Assembly: GCA_963786955.1 (NCBI GenBank) | Contig: CAWBAT010000005.1 | Location: 192,001-256,000 of the forward strand | Length of the DNA: 64,000 bases | Direction: 5' to 3' | Origin: an uncultured Acidimicrobiia bacterium | Lineage (GTDB): Bacteria > Acidobacteriota > Terriglobia > Versatilivoradales > Versatilivoraceae | Part shown: piece by piece, positions 41,715 through 52,063 of the stretch | Layout of the letters: each line of letters begins with the position of its first letter | How positions within the stretch are numbered: position 1 is the stretch's first letter | Program-made: the position numbers and the translations under genes | The notes under the pieces: generated by a model | What the model saw: the letters and a program-made list of their open reading frames with translations, nothing else | What the model was told of the DNA's origin: nothing | Database searches by the model: none

Positions 41715-42653
41715 CTAAGGAATCTCCGAAGCCCTGTACAGCCTCCAACCGGTTCGGAGCTGGAAGTCCTGCAGGTTCCGCATTGCTAGCACGTTCTCCA
41801 CGCCCACGGGCTGGTAATCAACATCAACTTCATTAAGGCAATCTGGGCCTTGGATACGGTAAAGCATGAAGCCTCGGTCTCTCAGAAACTGCAGAAGATC
41901 CCTGACTGTGTATCCGAACCAACCGAAATGCTCAGATCCAACCTCAAAATGGATGCAATCCGTCACCGTGAGGAGTTTTTCTGCTCCAGCTAGCACAAAT
42001 TTTTCGTACCCTTCGACGTCCACTTTTAGAAGCTGGACCCGTTCCGTTGCCGATATGAGGTCATCCAACCTTTCTACCTTTACTTCAAACCCACCTTGTT
42101 CCCCATTTACTCGATTCATATCATCGCGGCGATTATCCGAGAAGAAGATCTGTCCAGGGGTAACTCCCAAGGCTACATTATGAGTTTCAACTCTATGGAC
42201 CCGGTTAAGAGCAAGGTTCTTTTTCAGGTAACCATAAATTCTTGGATGTGGTTCGAAGGCGTATATTTTCCCTTTTTCGCCTACTAGCGGTGATGCGGTC
42301 AAGACCGTGTCACCAATGTTGGCTCCAACATCTACTACCCGGTCTCCGAGTTTGAGATAGGCGCGAAAAAACCGTAATGCTTCCGCCCGCTCGATCGGAT
42401 TAATCCATAACGAGCAGGACAGGTTGGAGGGAAAAAACCGCAGCTTATAACCGTTTTGTCTTATTTTGAAGAGCAGGCAGAAGCGCGTAGTTACGAGCAG
42501 TCTCGCCGCAATAAACCTCAGGGGACGTTCATGGTTTCGCAGAATCTGGTAGTAATGCTTCATCGGCCCAAAATATTTCCAGGGCAACGATGGAATCCTA
42601 TCAATGGCTGGTTCAATCACATTCACCGATTTCAGTTCTCCTCGGGGGACCAT
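41715..42653 (-). CDS. FkbM-family methyltransferase
   Basis: VDVGANIG, AFEP and LLKVDVEGYE motifs. Confidence 0.88.
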   Translation of the reverse strand: MVPRGELKSVNVIEPAIDRIPSLPWKYFGPMKHYYQILRNHERPLRFIAARLLVTTRFCLLFKIRQNGYKLRFFPSNLSCSLWINPIERAEALRFFRAYLKLGDRVVDVGANIGDTVLTASPLVGEKGKIYAFEPHPRIYGYLKKNLALNRVHRVETHNVALGVTPGQIFFSDNRRDDMNRVNGEQGGFEVKVERLDDLISATERVQLLKVDVEGYEKFVLAGAEKLLTVTDCIHFEVGSEHFGWFGYTVRDLLQFLRDRGFMLYRIQGPDCLNEVDVDYQPVGVENVLAMRNLQDFQLRTGWRLYRASEIP

Positions 42654-42673
42654 AAGCTGACATGTGTGACAAC

Positions 42674-43864
42674 TTATCCTTTAACTTCAAAGCCAAACTG
42701 GAAGTGTGAAACCTTGCGCGTGACAAATGGCACCTCTACGACCAGGTGTGCCAGGTATGCCACCAGCAGACAGATAAGGATCCCGACAAACGACCACCCG
42801 AAATGCTCTGGAAGGCAGTGGCCAGGAGAAGACGACATCAGCCATCCGCTCATGAAGACCAGGATAGGGAAATGCAGAACATAAAGGGAGTAAGACATGT
42901 CACCCAATGGCTTTATGGCGTCAAGGAGATTCAAACTCCTTCCCTTCTCCTGGAAGGCAAAACAGACCGCGATGAGACCACCGAACATAAGACTGCAAAG
43001 AATATCGTGAACAACCGAGTTGGTTTTGAAAATAGGCAACAGGATGACGAATCCTAAAAATGGGGAAAGGCGCTTGAACGGGACGTTAATCCTCTGAGTA
43101 AATACATCGGCTAGTAATGCCCCAACCCACCAGGCAAGCATCATTGAAAAGACATCATTGAGTAGGACAATATGCGTTAGCAACTGGAACAAGCTTAAGA
43201 TCCACAGGCATGACATAAGGCCTGTTGCCAGTGCGATAGATTTTTTTGAAAGCCACCAGAAAACAGGATAGATCATATAAAACCACCACTCGAATTTAAG
43301 CGACCAGAGCGGTCCGTTCGTACCCCAGGTTGGGACATACGAATTCATCAGGAAAAGTAGATTCCCAAGTCCTGTAAACCAATCGTGAGGTACAAGAACA
43401 TTTTGGTTGATCAAGGGGTAAGGTGTTTTTTGTTGATAGATAATGAAGCCGAGGCTAGCACCAAGCAGATCCAAGGCAAGCGTCAGAGCTAGCGAAAGGA
43501 ATAGGGGAGGGTAAAGCCGTCTTACCCTACGCATCAGATAGCGAGTCCAATCAAATTGAGCCTCCTCTCGATTCATGTACAACTGCTTTGAATACCGGAG
43601 GTGAATAACAAAGCCGGAAAGAACGAAGAAGAAAACAACCGCTTCATGACCAAATCTGAATAGTGAAGAGGCATAAACAAGGGCCGTCTCGAATCTACTG
43701 TAGTCATGGGGATGTTTCACAAAACCTTCTGAATAGCCTTCCCACAGTAACCATCTGGCGTGGCCAACCAGGACGTAAAAGGCGGCTAGACCACGAAGCC
43801 CATCAAGAAAAAAAAGGCTGTGATTTTCCCTAACTTTCAGCTCTGCCTGCCTTTGCTTTTCCAC
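42674..43864 (-). CDS. Acyltransferase-3 (OafA-like) O-acyltransferase
   Basis: LDGLRGLAA, FFVLSGF, WSLKFEWWFY and SYSLYVLH motifs. Confidence 0.9.
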   Translation of the reverse strand: MEKQRQAELKVRENHSLFFLDGLRGLAAFYVLVGHARWLLWEGYSEGFVKHPHDYSRFETALVYASSLFRFGHEAVVFFFVLSGFVIHLRYSKQLYMNREEAQFDWTRYLMRRVRRLYPPLFLSLALTLALDLLGASLGFIIYQQKTPYPLINQNVLVPHDWFTGLGNLLFLMNSYVPTWGTNGPLWSLKFEWWFYMIYPVFWWLSKKSIALATGLMSCLWILSLFQLLTHIVLLNDVFSMMLAWWVGALLADVFTQRINVPFKRLSPFLGFVILLPIFKTNSVVHDILCSLMFGGLIAVCFAFQEKGRSLNLLDAIKPLGDMSYSLYVLHFPILVFMSGWLMSSSPGHCLPEHFGWSFVGILICLLVAYLAHLVVEVPFVTRKVSHFQFGFEVKG

Positions 43865-43921
43865 TTATTTTAATCAACAGGAAATGAATCAGTGAAGATT
43901 GACGGGTCGCATAAAATCCAA

Positions 43922-44986
43922 TCAAGCAACTTTGCGCATCCAGAAACTGGCGCAGCCAAGCGAACCCGGCCTGAACTCTCCAGCGATTGTTGGCCACAGT
44001 TGCTCTACATCAGCCATGTGTTCAAGGCAAAGCCAATAGTTGGAGGCGGCTACTGAGAAGGATCGGTTATAAGACAGAAAGGCCTCCAACAAATATTGCT
44101 CACCGAATGCAATTCTCTTTTCGATGAGCCATTCGGATGGGTAATCATGCGGGAAAAAGATGTCGTGAACGTGAATCCACACGCCCGGCTTGAGGGCTGG
44201 AAGAATTTCCAAGAACTCACGGCAAACGTCTCCACCAAACTTCACCGCGTGGCTTGAATCAATAAATAGAATGTCTCCGCTTTGAAGCCGGGAGAAGAAG
44301 TCGAGGGGTAAGCTCTCAACCGGTTTCTCAATGAGTTCAATTTCAAGCTTTGGCGCCGTGAGACGCGGCTGAGGAAAAGGTTCGACACAGGTGAGCTTGC
44401 CATCATGCCCTTCGGTCCGATTTCGTTGCAGCGCTTTATGGGCGACTCGCGTCGAGTAGCCGCTGCCTATCTCGATCACCTGCCTGGGCTTCAAATCGCG
44501 AATGATGGAATAATAAAGCGCGGCATCAAAGCCTCCAAAATAATCGTTCTGGAAATTAAATCCCTCGGGATCTGAACGCTGTGCGAGACCCTGCAGTTCG
44601 ATCCGATATTGCCGGCCAAGGCGACGTATAAGTTCCAATTGTTCATGAAGGTTAAAATCAATGGCTGCAAAATCACGACGCCTTGTGGTCTGCTCGGTCT
44701 GAATCAGTGAGAAGTCTGGCAAGGGCTCGTAGAAATGAATGGGCCGGATGTGGTAGCCCCAGCGATCGGTGATTTCTGGATTAGACCTGAGCAGGAACAG
44801 CAAGTGCCGGGTAAGTCTAACGGGCAGGATTCGACAAAACGCGAGCGCAATGTGATTAAAGAGTACTTTCAACAGGGACTTGGCTTCGTAAGTCAGTGCA
44901 TAAGGGTCTTTGTTCGCAGATCGCGTTATACAAGATCTGCTGGCCAGTCTCGCATCCGAAGTAACTCTGGCCAGTCTCCAATGCAC
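43922..44986 (-). CDS. Class I SAM-dependent methyltransferase (Methyltransf_24-like)
   Basis: IEIGSGYST, LFIDSSH and HVHDIF motifs; the true start is probably near 44870. Confidence 0.82.
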   Translation of the reverse strand: MHWRLARVTSDARLASRSCITRSANKDPYALTYEAKSLLKVLFNHIALAFCRILPVRLTRHLLFLLRSNPEITDRWGYHIRPIHFYEPLPDFSLIQTEQTTRRRDFAAIDFNLHEQLELIRRLGRQYRIELQGLAQRSDPEGFNFQNDYFGGFDAALYYSIIRDLKPRQVIEIGSGYSTRVAHKALQRNRTEGHDGKLTCVEPFPQPRLTAPKLEIELIEKPVESLPLDFFSRLQSGDILFIDSSHAVKFGGDVCREFLEILPALKPGVWIHVHDIFFPHDYPSEWLIEKRIAFGEQYLLEAFLSYNRSFSVAASNYWLCLEHMADVEQLWPTIAGEFRPGSLGCASFWMRKVA

Positions 44987-46112
44987 GTTTACCCAACTGG
45001 ATTCGGTCGGCAGGATCTTGCGTTAAGCGCCGCAAAGAAATCGTCAACAATTCCGGGCTATCCGTATTCACCACCTCGGCGACTCCGGGATTCTCTTTAG
45101 CCCAGCGTACGGCGGAACAGTAATCCGGACCGTAGATCAACAGTGGCAACCCAACCGCTGTGTAATCGGTGAGCTTGCTGGGAAAACTAATCTCCATATT
45201 CGGCCGGTCAGTTGGGGCGAAGGACATTGGTACAAAAAGAGCGTCTGCTTCCTCACGCAACCGCGTCATCAACTCACTGGACTTCACTAAACCGCGCAAC
45301 AAGATATTAGAGCGGTCGAGGCCAGCCTGCCGCAGCGCTTCTGGAGTAGAAGGACCGAAAATGAGCAAACGGCCATCGATGGGCGCCAGTGCATTGGCCA
45401 TGTTCACCAGGGCGCTGACATAACCCGGTGAATTGATGCTCCCTCCGAAGGCAACTGTGAATGGGTGATCGTCCCGGGCAATTCGTTCCGGCGGTGCATC
45501 GAACCTTGGGCAATCCGCCGCCCGCGAAGGATAGAGGACAGTGCCCGGGAAACCGTACCTTCTTTGATACTCTTCCGCCATGTAGGGGGACACACAGAGA
45601 CGCGAAACTGCTTGCCGATAGATCCGGCCAAACTCCTTCTCCAGCCAAGGGCGAAACCATTCCGCAATCTGGGCCATCCGGGGCAGATCATCATGACAGA
45701 TGAGGTGCAATGGCAATTCATGTTGCGACGCAAAACGTGCGGCGGTCAACCACGAGAATCCATGCGTCACAGTCAGTACTGCCTCTGAACGGAAGCCTGC
45801 CAATAATCGAGCCACTTGTCCGGCGCTTCTACTGGTTCTCATCAACCATGCAGCATACCAGCGAGCGAAACGCGTATGAAGCAGGCGATAGTTGCCGACC
45901 TGGAGTTCCTCGTATTGAATCCCCGACAGCCGGCGGTCCGGCAGCGAGCGCAAAAGATTCGTCTCAATAATGCGCAGTCGGTTTGACGGCCAACTTTGCA
46001 ACAAGCGAAACAGCAGCGCCGAGCCGTGGTAAGACGCCTCGACAGGGACATCACCGAGGTATAGCAGTCGTGGAAGATCGAGGCTGCTCGTTGCTTGGGG
46101 ATCATCAAGCAT
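44856..46112 (-). CDS. Glycosyltransferase (GT4-like)
   Basis: FGGSI and SFPSKLTDYTAVGLPLL motifs; operon context. Confidence 0.75.
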   Translation of the reverse strand: MLDDPQATSSLDLPRLLYLGDVPVEASYHGSALLFRLLQSWPSNRLRIIETNLLRSLPDRRLSGIQYEELQVGNYRLLHTRFARWYAAWLMRTSRSAGQVARLLAGFRSEAVLTVTHGFSWLTAARFASQHELPLHLICHDDLPRMAQIAEWFRPWLEKEFGRIYRQAVSRLCVSPYMAEEYQRRYGFPGTVLYPSRAADCPRFDAPPERIARDDHPFTVAFGGSINSPGYVSALVNMANALAPIDGRLLIFGPSTPEALRQAGLDRSNILLRGLVKSSELMTRLREEADALFVPMSFAPTDRPNMEISFPSKLTDYTAVGLPLLIYGPDYCSAVRWAKENPGVAEVVNTDSPELLTISLRRLTQDPADRIQLGKRALETGQSYFGCETGQQILYNAICEQRPLCTDLRSQVPVESTL

Positions 46113-47349
46113 TTGCGGTTTTTAGAGTACGATATTCATCACATTTTTTGATACCTCTGGCAAAACCTTCATAGAGGAACCGCTGGCCATACCGAACGAT
46201 GGGTCTCTCAAAATATTGCCACGACAACGACGCCATACATAGAGTAATTGCCAGTGCCATCACTGTCACAAATGCGTCCAGAGTGTTTGCGATCCGGGGA
46301 GGTTGAGAGAGAATCATAGCATGTAACAGCCCGGACACAGGCTGATGGAAGAGATAAACCCCGTAAGACACCGTACCGACCCAGACGAGGAATGAATTAC
46401 GAAAAAGAATGCGTGTCAGGCCCTCGGTTGAGAGGGTAGCCAGAAGAATCAAACCCAAGCTCATCACCGCGAGAACCGTATGACCAAAGAAGGACATGCC
46501 TTCGGAGGCTATGCCTTGACTCTTCGCCAGTAAACCCAAGGTCGCAAACACGCAGACCACGACACAGACCCGAATCCATTTTGTGCAAGCGGCTAGCCAG
46601 ACGCGGGCATCGTCCCGCCGCATGGCGTAAGCCCCGAGTGCCCCGAGGAACAAGGCATCCCAACGCGCCGGTAAGAGGACATAACCGGGGACGCCAGCGT
46701 GCGGATGCCAGAGGAACAGCACGCCTCGCAACACAGGCGCGCATAACACAAGTACGGCCAGCAACCAAGGCAATGCCCGCGCCGGCACAAATCGGACCAG
46801 AAGCGGCAGAACGATGTAAAACTGCTCCTCAATCGCAAGCGACCACGTGGGTCCCATCCAGTTTGGGCCCATATCACCGGAAGAGGCCATTGCGAAATTC
46901 TGGAGGCAAGTTGCGTAGGTCCACAGTGGAAATGAACCTCCAAACAACCAGTAAAACCCGCGTCCTTTCGCAGCCCATCCGGCGGCGACCGCCAAAGCAA
47001 ATAATCCGAACATGAGATAGTAGAGCGGGAATATGCGACAAAACCGACGGGCGTAAAAGGCTCTGAAATAATTCGGCGCAGACCGGTTGTCGAGCAGGAT
47101 ACCTGCGATGAGAAAGCCCGACAAAACAAAGAACAAATCCACACCCGCCCAAGTCAACGAGAACATTTTCATACCATAAGCGGCAAACGAACCAGGCCGT
47201 GTTTGTACCGTTGTTGCAAAATAATGCCACACGATCACAAGCAGTATTGCCATACCGCGCACGCCGTCTAGTTCTGGAATGCGTCCCGCAATGACTTTCG
47301 CCTGTCTGAAAGTGTCCACCGACAATATCGATTGTGCAGTGGCCATCAA
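46105..47349 (-). CDS. Acyltransferase-3 (OafA-like) O-acyltransferase
   Basis: LDGVRG, GVDLFFVLSGF, WSLAIEEQFY and SYGVYLFH motifs. Confidence 0.9.
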   Translation of the reverse strand: MMATAQSILSVDTFRQAKVIAGRIPELDGVRGMAILLVIVWHYFATTVQTRPGSFAAYGMKMFSLTWAGVDLFFVLSGFLIAGILLDNRSAPNYFRAFYARRFCRIFPLYYLMFGLFALAVAAGWAAKGRGFYWLFGGSFPLWTYATCLQNFAMASSGDMGPNWMGPTWSLAIEEQFYIVLPLLVRFVPARALPWLLAVLVLCAPVLRGVLFLWHPHAGVPGYVLLPARWDALFLGALGAYAMRRDDARVWLAACTKWIRVCVVVCVFATLGLLAKSQGIASEGMSFFGHTVLAVMSLGLILLATLSTEGLTRILFRNSFLVWVGTVSYGVYLFHQPVSGLLHAMILSQPPRIANTLDAFVTVMALAITLCMASLSWQYFERPIVRYGQRFLYEGFARGIKKCDEYRTLKTANA

Positions 47350-47487
47350 TTGAATTTCGAGGGAAAACTCATGTTGACCAAAAACAAGCCAATGTCTTTC
47401 GGCGGATTACTCATGCTTTCATATTGTTTCCGGTCGAGGCGACCATTGAATAATTTGACTGCGCAACGACAACTTGCATGATCTTGG

Positions 47488-48480
47488 TTATGATCTTGTT
47501 GCAACTTGACTCAGCTTTTTTGACGGAAGCTCGTAAGCCCTCAGCATCCATTCGGTTGTCAGGCGGACCCCCTCCTCTAGACTGTAGGAGTTTCTGTGAC
47601 CTAGATCACGAATCGACTTCGTGGTGTCTACCTGCTTGTGCTTGGTGGTGAGAATTTCCGAGTCGCGGTATTCGACAAGTTTTGGATCTGCCCCAGTCAC
47701 TCGCAGAATCGTGTCAGAGAGCTCCTCAATGGTATGTTGGGAATCTCCGCCAATGTTGTATGTTTCTCCCGGCTTAAAATTGTCCACAATGTTTGCCAAG
47801 GTGCCTACGGTGTCCGCAAGATAAGTGGAGGTTCGCGAGTGGCCTCGAAAGACCACCCAAGGCAAACCCATCAAAGCGCAGTAAAGGAATCGGCAGTTCA
47901 CTGAGCGGTATGGGCTGTAATATTCGCCCGGTCCATATGTGTTAAAGAGGCGCACAACCACGCTTTCAGTTTTGTACTGGGCAGCCGAGTTTCGAATTTG
48001 CATTTCGTTGACCCATTTACTCATGGCGTAGTCGTTGAGTTGTTTGACTTCGTGCTCATCCATAACGCTTTCCAGCATGAGGTCTGGCCAGTCTCCGTAC
48101 ACTTCAGAAGAAGAGAAATGTATTAGTCGAAACTTGAGTCGCTCCTGAAGACGAATGATGTTCTTGGTGCCGACGGCGTTGGTGCGCCAGAGGCTTTCAT
48201 AGAAGTCCTCCCCATTCCAACGCCCGAACTCTGCGGCTGCATGATAAACATGATCGAACGGTCCGAGCCCCTCAATCACACGTTCTATCTGGCGAAACTC
48301 GCCAACATCGCACCGCGCATAAGTTGGCTTGTCCACATCCGTCCGGAGCGAAAATCCAGTTTCGTCTTCGCGATGTGAACGATCACACGATAGAACCCAG
48401 TGACCACGTTCTCGTAGTTCCTTTACCAAGCCAGCACCCACCGTTCCATTGCCACCGGTAACTAATATTCTCTTTTGCAT
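47488..48480 (-). CDS. NAD-dependent sugar epimerase/dehydratase (extended SDR)
   Basis: TGGNGTVG, SSSEVYG, YAMSK and RLFNTYGP motifs. Confidence 0.9.
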   Translation of the reverse strand: MQKRILVTGGNGTVGAGLVKELRERGHWVLSCDRSHREDETGFSLRTDVDKPTYARCDVGEFRQIERVIEGLGPFDHVYHAAAEFGRWNGEDFYESLWRTNAVGTKNIIRLQERLKFRLIHFSSSEVYGDWPDLMLESVMDEHEVKQLNDYAMSKWVNEMQIRNSAAQYKTESVVVRLFNTYGPGEYYSPYRSVNCRFLYCALMGLPWVVFRGHSRTSTYLADTVGTLANIVDNFKPGETYNIGGDSQHTIEELSDTILRVTGADPKLVEYRDSEILTTKHKQVDTTKSIRDLGHRNSYSLEEGVRLTTEWMLRAYELPSKKLSQVATRS

Positions 48481-48616
48481 AGGATTATCTTTGATTGATA
48501 AGACCGACTTGTCCGCCGAAAGTTGAACACACTGTTTCTTCTTGCCGTGCGAGTCGCTGTGCGCCTCTTATGGAAGAATTCATCGTATGGATTTTGTTTT
48601 CACGCTGTAGCCGGAG

Positions 48617-49276
48617 TTAAGGCTGAAATTGAGCAAGCATGCTGCTCCAGTCATCTAATTCCGGGATTTGGACCTTTTGCCGTAGTGTTCGGTTGAGCGC
48701 CTGTAAGGACCGTCGAGATACCGGGGCTCTGTTCCAGACCATGCCGATATTTGGATTTATTCCCGTAAATCGGTAGCGGTGGCGGAACGAACTGGCTGCC
48801 TGCCTGTAAGGCAGGTACTCGAAGTCGTGAATAATTACAATAGGCGTTTGCGGTTGCGCAGCAGCGACCGCGCGTATTGTGTTGCAACGTTCGCGCCCCG
48901 TGGTGGAATCGTCAATGAGAATCAGGTCAAAAGCCTCGATGTCTATTTCTCCCACTGCTTTGGCTACAGGCCCGTTCACCAGATGCAGCTTCAAAAGTGG
49001 GTTCGCTCCAAGCTGCTCCCGAATGCGCTCTGCCCACGCTGGGTCGTTCTCATACGAATCCAATTGTTGGAGTTGTGGAAAACACCGCGAGTCCAAAAAC
49101 AACCTCGTGCTGTACTCACCACAGCCGAACTCGAGAACTCGCTGAATCCGCCACCATCGCTCCGCGGCCAGCAGAATGGGTATGTGTGTGAGATACGGGT
49201 TAGAGGCCCGTGTGGGGAGGCGGAGCAGGTAACGGTCACGCAGGACGTGGAAGTTACTTGCTAAACGGGCGAGCAT
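48617..49276 (-). CDS. Methyltransferase-like hypothetical protein
   Basis: VLEFGCGEYST, DLILIDD and IHD resemble a class I SAM fold. Confidence 0.6.
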   Translation of the reverse strand: MLARLASNFHVLRDRYLLRLPTRASNPYLTHIPILLAAERWWRIQRVLEFGCGEYSTRLFLDSRCFPQLQQLDSYENDPAWAERIREQLGANPLLKLHLVNGPVAKAVGEIDIEAFDLILIDDSTTGRERCNTIRAVAAAQPQTPIVIIHDFEYLPYRQAASSFRHRYRFTGINPNIGMVWNRAPVSRRSLQALNRTLRQKVQIPELDDWSSMLAQFQP

Positions 49277-50844
49277 TTTGGGGATGCTTCAGGGCAGCTC
49301 GAAGCTCCAGCAAAGACCGACGGTTTCCCCAATTTCATTAGCGCCGCGGCGTGGAGTCGGTATTTCAAAGCAATGAACGCCATACCCGCAAATGATCCAG
49401 CGAAAATAGCCCAGGCAAATGGAAGTTGTTGGAACGCCACGACGCAGGCAGCAAAAAGCAGCGTGGCGGTGGCAGCGACCAAACCCCAACGCATGTATTT
49501 CATCACGGCCGGCAGTTGCCTGTAGAGGAACACAACACAAGGAAGGTTTGCCAAGCCGTACGCGGCCACCATACTGGCGGCATAACCTGCAGCCCCATAT
49601 CGCGGCACTAGAATCCAGGCTGCCGCACCAAACAAGACGGCAAAGACCGCATTGACGACAAGAGAAAACCAAATTCGGCCCATGCTGATAAGGATGCTAC
49701 CCATCGGGAACAGCAGAGCATACAAAACCGCGTGGAGCATGAGCCACAAGACCACACTGGAATGTCTCTCATACTGCGCGCCATAAGGCATGAGCGTCAA
49801 GCCAGGCGCAGCCGCCTGCAACAGCGAAACCGGCACGATGATCAGAGTCGCGAGAAGAAAGTTGAAAAGAAGGGTGCGCTGAAAAGTGACACGATCCCCT
49901 TTGCCAAAGGACTCACATAAGATCGGCAACATTGGGGCGATGAGCATGGCAAGAAATGTTTCCGGCAACAGCTTCACCCGCAGAGCCGCGTTGTAGATTC
50001 CCATATCGCCATAGCCGCCTGCCTGGTTCACCACCAGTGCACCCGCACCCCACGCCACTACACTGTTCAATACCCCGGACAGCACAGCGGGAACGCTGAA
50101 ACTCCAGAACAGCTTGTTCTCCGCCAGTGCTCCGGCGAGTTGGATGGGAACCTGAAACCGACCGGATTCCGCGCGGAGGGCGACAAAACAAAGAAGACAG
50201 TTCGCCAGTTGGCTGCCGATCAGCCCCCAAACCGCGCCAGCCACGCCCCAATACAACGCCCCCACAACCATCAGCGGAAACGTGAGCAGCCCAGCGATCA
50301 GATTGATGCGGGCGATGGCCTTAAACGCCTCAAAGCCAGAGAGTGCGCCCGTCTGCGCGCCGTTGATGCCACTAAGGAAAAGCAGCAATGCGCCCACTTG
50401 CAGCAAACGAGCGAGGTGTGGCGCGGCTAGTGTGTTCGCCGCCAGCCAAGGGCCGAAGAATAAAAGCACGAGTGCCATGAGACCGCTCGCGATCCAAGCG
50501 GTAGCACTAGCCAGTGCAATAATGCGCCCGGCACGTGCGGGGTCCGTATGTTTGAATTCGGCGACATGCTTGTTGGCCGTCAACCCCATGCCGAAGCCTG
50601 CCAAAGTACCGAACATGCCAATGGTGTTCTGGATGATGCCGAGTTCGCCGAATAATTCCTTGCCAAGCATCCGGCCCACTAGAATCGCCGAGAGCAATCC
50701 CAAGCCCCGCGAGATAAGCGAGCCAGACAGCGACCAGAACGCGCCGCGGGTAAGCCGGCTTCCCAAAGGCGAGGCTTCGACGCGCTGGAAGAAACCCTGA
50801 AAAGAAGTGGGCGAGAAGAAGTAGATTAGAGACTTGGTTGTCAT
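49261..50844 (-). CDS. wzx: Wzx polysaccharide flippase
   Basis: 12-14 hydrophobic segments, RMLGKELFG and GIYNAA; ATG 50844 is the likely start. Confidence 0.85.
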   Translation of the reverse strand: MTTKSLIYFFSPTSFQGFFQRVEASPLGSRLTRGAFWSLSGSLISRGLGLLSAILVGRMLGKELFGELGIIQNTIGMFGTLAGFGMGLTANKHVAEFKHTDPARAGRIIALASATAWIASGLMALVLLFFGPWLAANTLAAPHLARLLQVGALLLFLSGINGAQTGALSGFEAFKAIARINLIAGLLTFPLMVVGALYWGVAGAVWGLIGSQLANCLLCFVALRAESGRFQVPIQLAGALAENKLFWSFSVPAVLSGVLNSVVAWGAGALVVNQAGGYGDMGIYNAALRVKLLPETFLAMLIAPMLPILCESFGKGDRVTFQRTLLFNFLLATLIIVPVSLLQAAAPGLTLMPYGAQYERHSSVVLWLMLHAVLYALLFPMGSILISMGRIWFSLVVNAVFAVLFGAAAWILVPRYGAAGYAASMVAAYGLANLPCVVFLYRQLPAVMKYMRWGLVAATATLLFAACVVAFQQLPFAWAIFAGSFAGMAFIALKYRLHAAALMKLGKPSVFAGASSCPEASPKCSPV

Positions 50845-50859
50845 TAATGAGATCTTAGG

Positions 50860-51120
50860 TCCAGTGTCCAAAGTCGAAGGGCGGAACTAAAGGTCCAAGG
50901 TCTAAGGTCGAAAGTCTACCAATTGCCGAATGCCGATTGCGGATTGCCGAGTGGTGATTGAAAAGCAAATTCTCGCAGAGAACGCGAAGGACACCAAGAA
51001 AACGATCAAGGTCAAAAACTTAAGACAAAAGCAAATATTGCCGCAAAAGAGCGCAAAGGGCGGGCCCACCCCCCTGAAGTCCCCCCTTGTGTAAAGGGGG
51101 ACAGAAGGTGCCAAAGATCC
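50860..51120. repeat. Modular intergenic repeat block (purine-strand orientation)
   Basis: AAGGTCC AAGGTCT AAGGTCG heptamers, GCCGCAAAAGAGCGCAAAG and a GC hairpin. Confidence 0.8.
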
Positions 51121-51181
51121 CGCCAATACTGGGCTTCGGTTCGCCCCGCTTCAATGACGATTTCCTGGGAGGCACCGTTCA

Positions 51182-51772
51182 TCATCGAAGCTTTACCTCA
51201 TAATAGAAGAACTTCACCACTTCGTTCTGAAACTCTATAAGGCCTTTTTCATTTTGCCACCAGTTGGACGAAACAGAGGAGACAGGTTTGGTCGACGTGA
51301 CCAGAACCTCGACTTGGTTTGCGCCTTTGTTCAGCATCTTTTCAAATAACCAGTTGACTCGCCGTGTATGGAAAGGCTCTGTTGGAACGATCAACCGATG
51401 GGCCTTGTTGGAATGCACCCAATCTTGAAGCGCTAACCCCTCTTCATAGGTACTGGAAACCTCACTCCCTATAAAAACCAGAGCTTCTTCCGGTACGCCT
51501 CGGTTGATGAGGACTTCTTTCAGAAGAGATGTTTCAGGCTGGGTTATTCCGATTTCTTCAGTATTCCTGTGCTCGATGTTCATTACCACAACCTTGGGCG
51601 CAAGACCTTGTTTGTAAAGCTCCGCGGCTAGAAAAGGCCTCGTCTGCAAGCCGCCTCCGAGGACGACAATGGCATCCGCTTTGGACAAAGGTTCGTCGAC
51701 GATCCAGAGCCGGGCAAGGCCGGTGAGCAGCGGGGCGCGGAAAAGGAAGATACCGACGAGAACCAGGGTCAA
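51182..51772 (-). CDS. YdcF/DUF218 family protein
   Basis: KADAIVVLGGG, STYEE and VPTEPFHTRR motifs; start uncertain. Confidence 0.8.
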   Translation of the reverse strand: MTLVLVGIFLFRAPLLTGLARLWIVDEPLSKADAIVVLGGGLQTRPFLAAELYKQGLAPKVVVMNIEHRNTEEIGITQPETSLLKEVLINRGVPEEALVFIGSEVSSTYEEGLALQDWVHSNKAHRLIVPTEPFHTRRVNWLFEKMLNKGANQVEVLVTSTKPVSSVSSNWWQNEKGLIEFQNEVVKFFYYEVKLR

Positions 51773-52063
51773 GAGGAGGAGACGGAGGAGCCATTTGGTA
51801 ATTATGGATTGGCGAATAAAGATAAGCGAGGGTCCAGAGTCTAAGGTCTACCGAATGCCGAATGGCGATTGCCGATTGAAAAGTCAATTCTCGCAAAGAG
51901 CGCTAAGGACGCAAAGACAAACACGAATCTAAACCACGGGGAAAGACAAGACAGCCGCGGTCTCGCAGGAGCTCGCCCCTCCAGAAAGCAGAAGGCAGCG
52001 GGCAGAAAGCAAAGGCAAAAGTAAAAACTCTAAGGAAATAGGTAAAGCAAATAGGGGAGTTAT

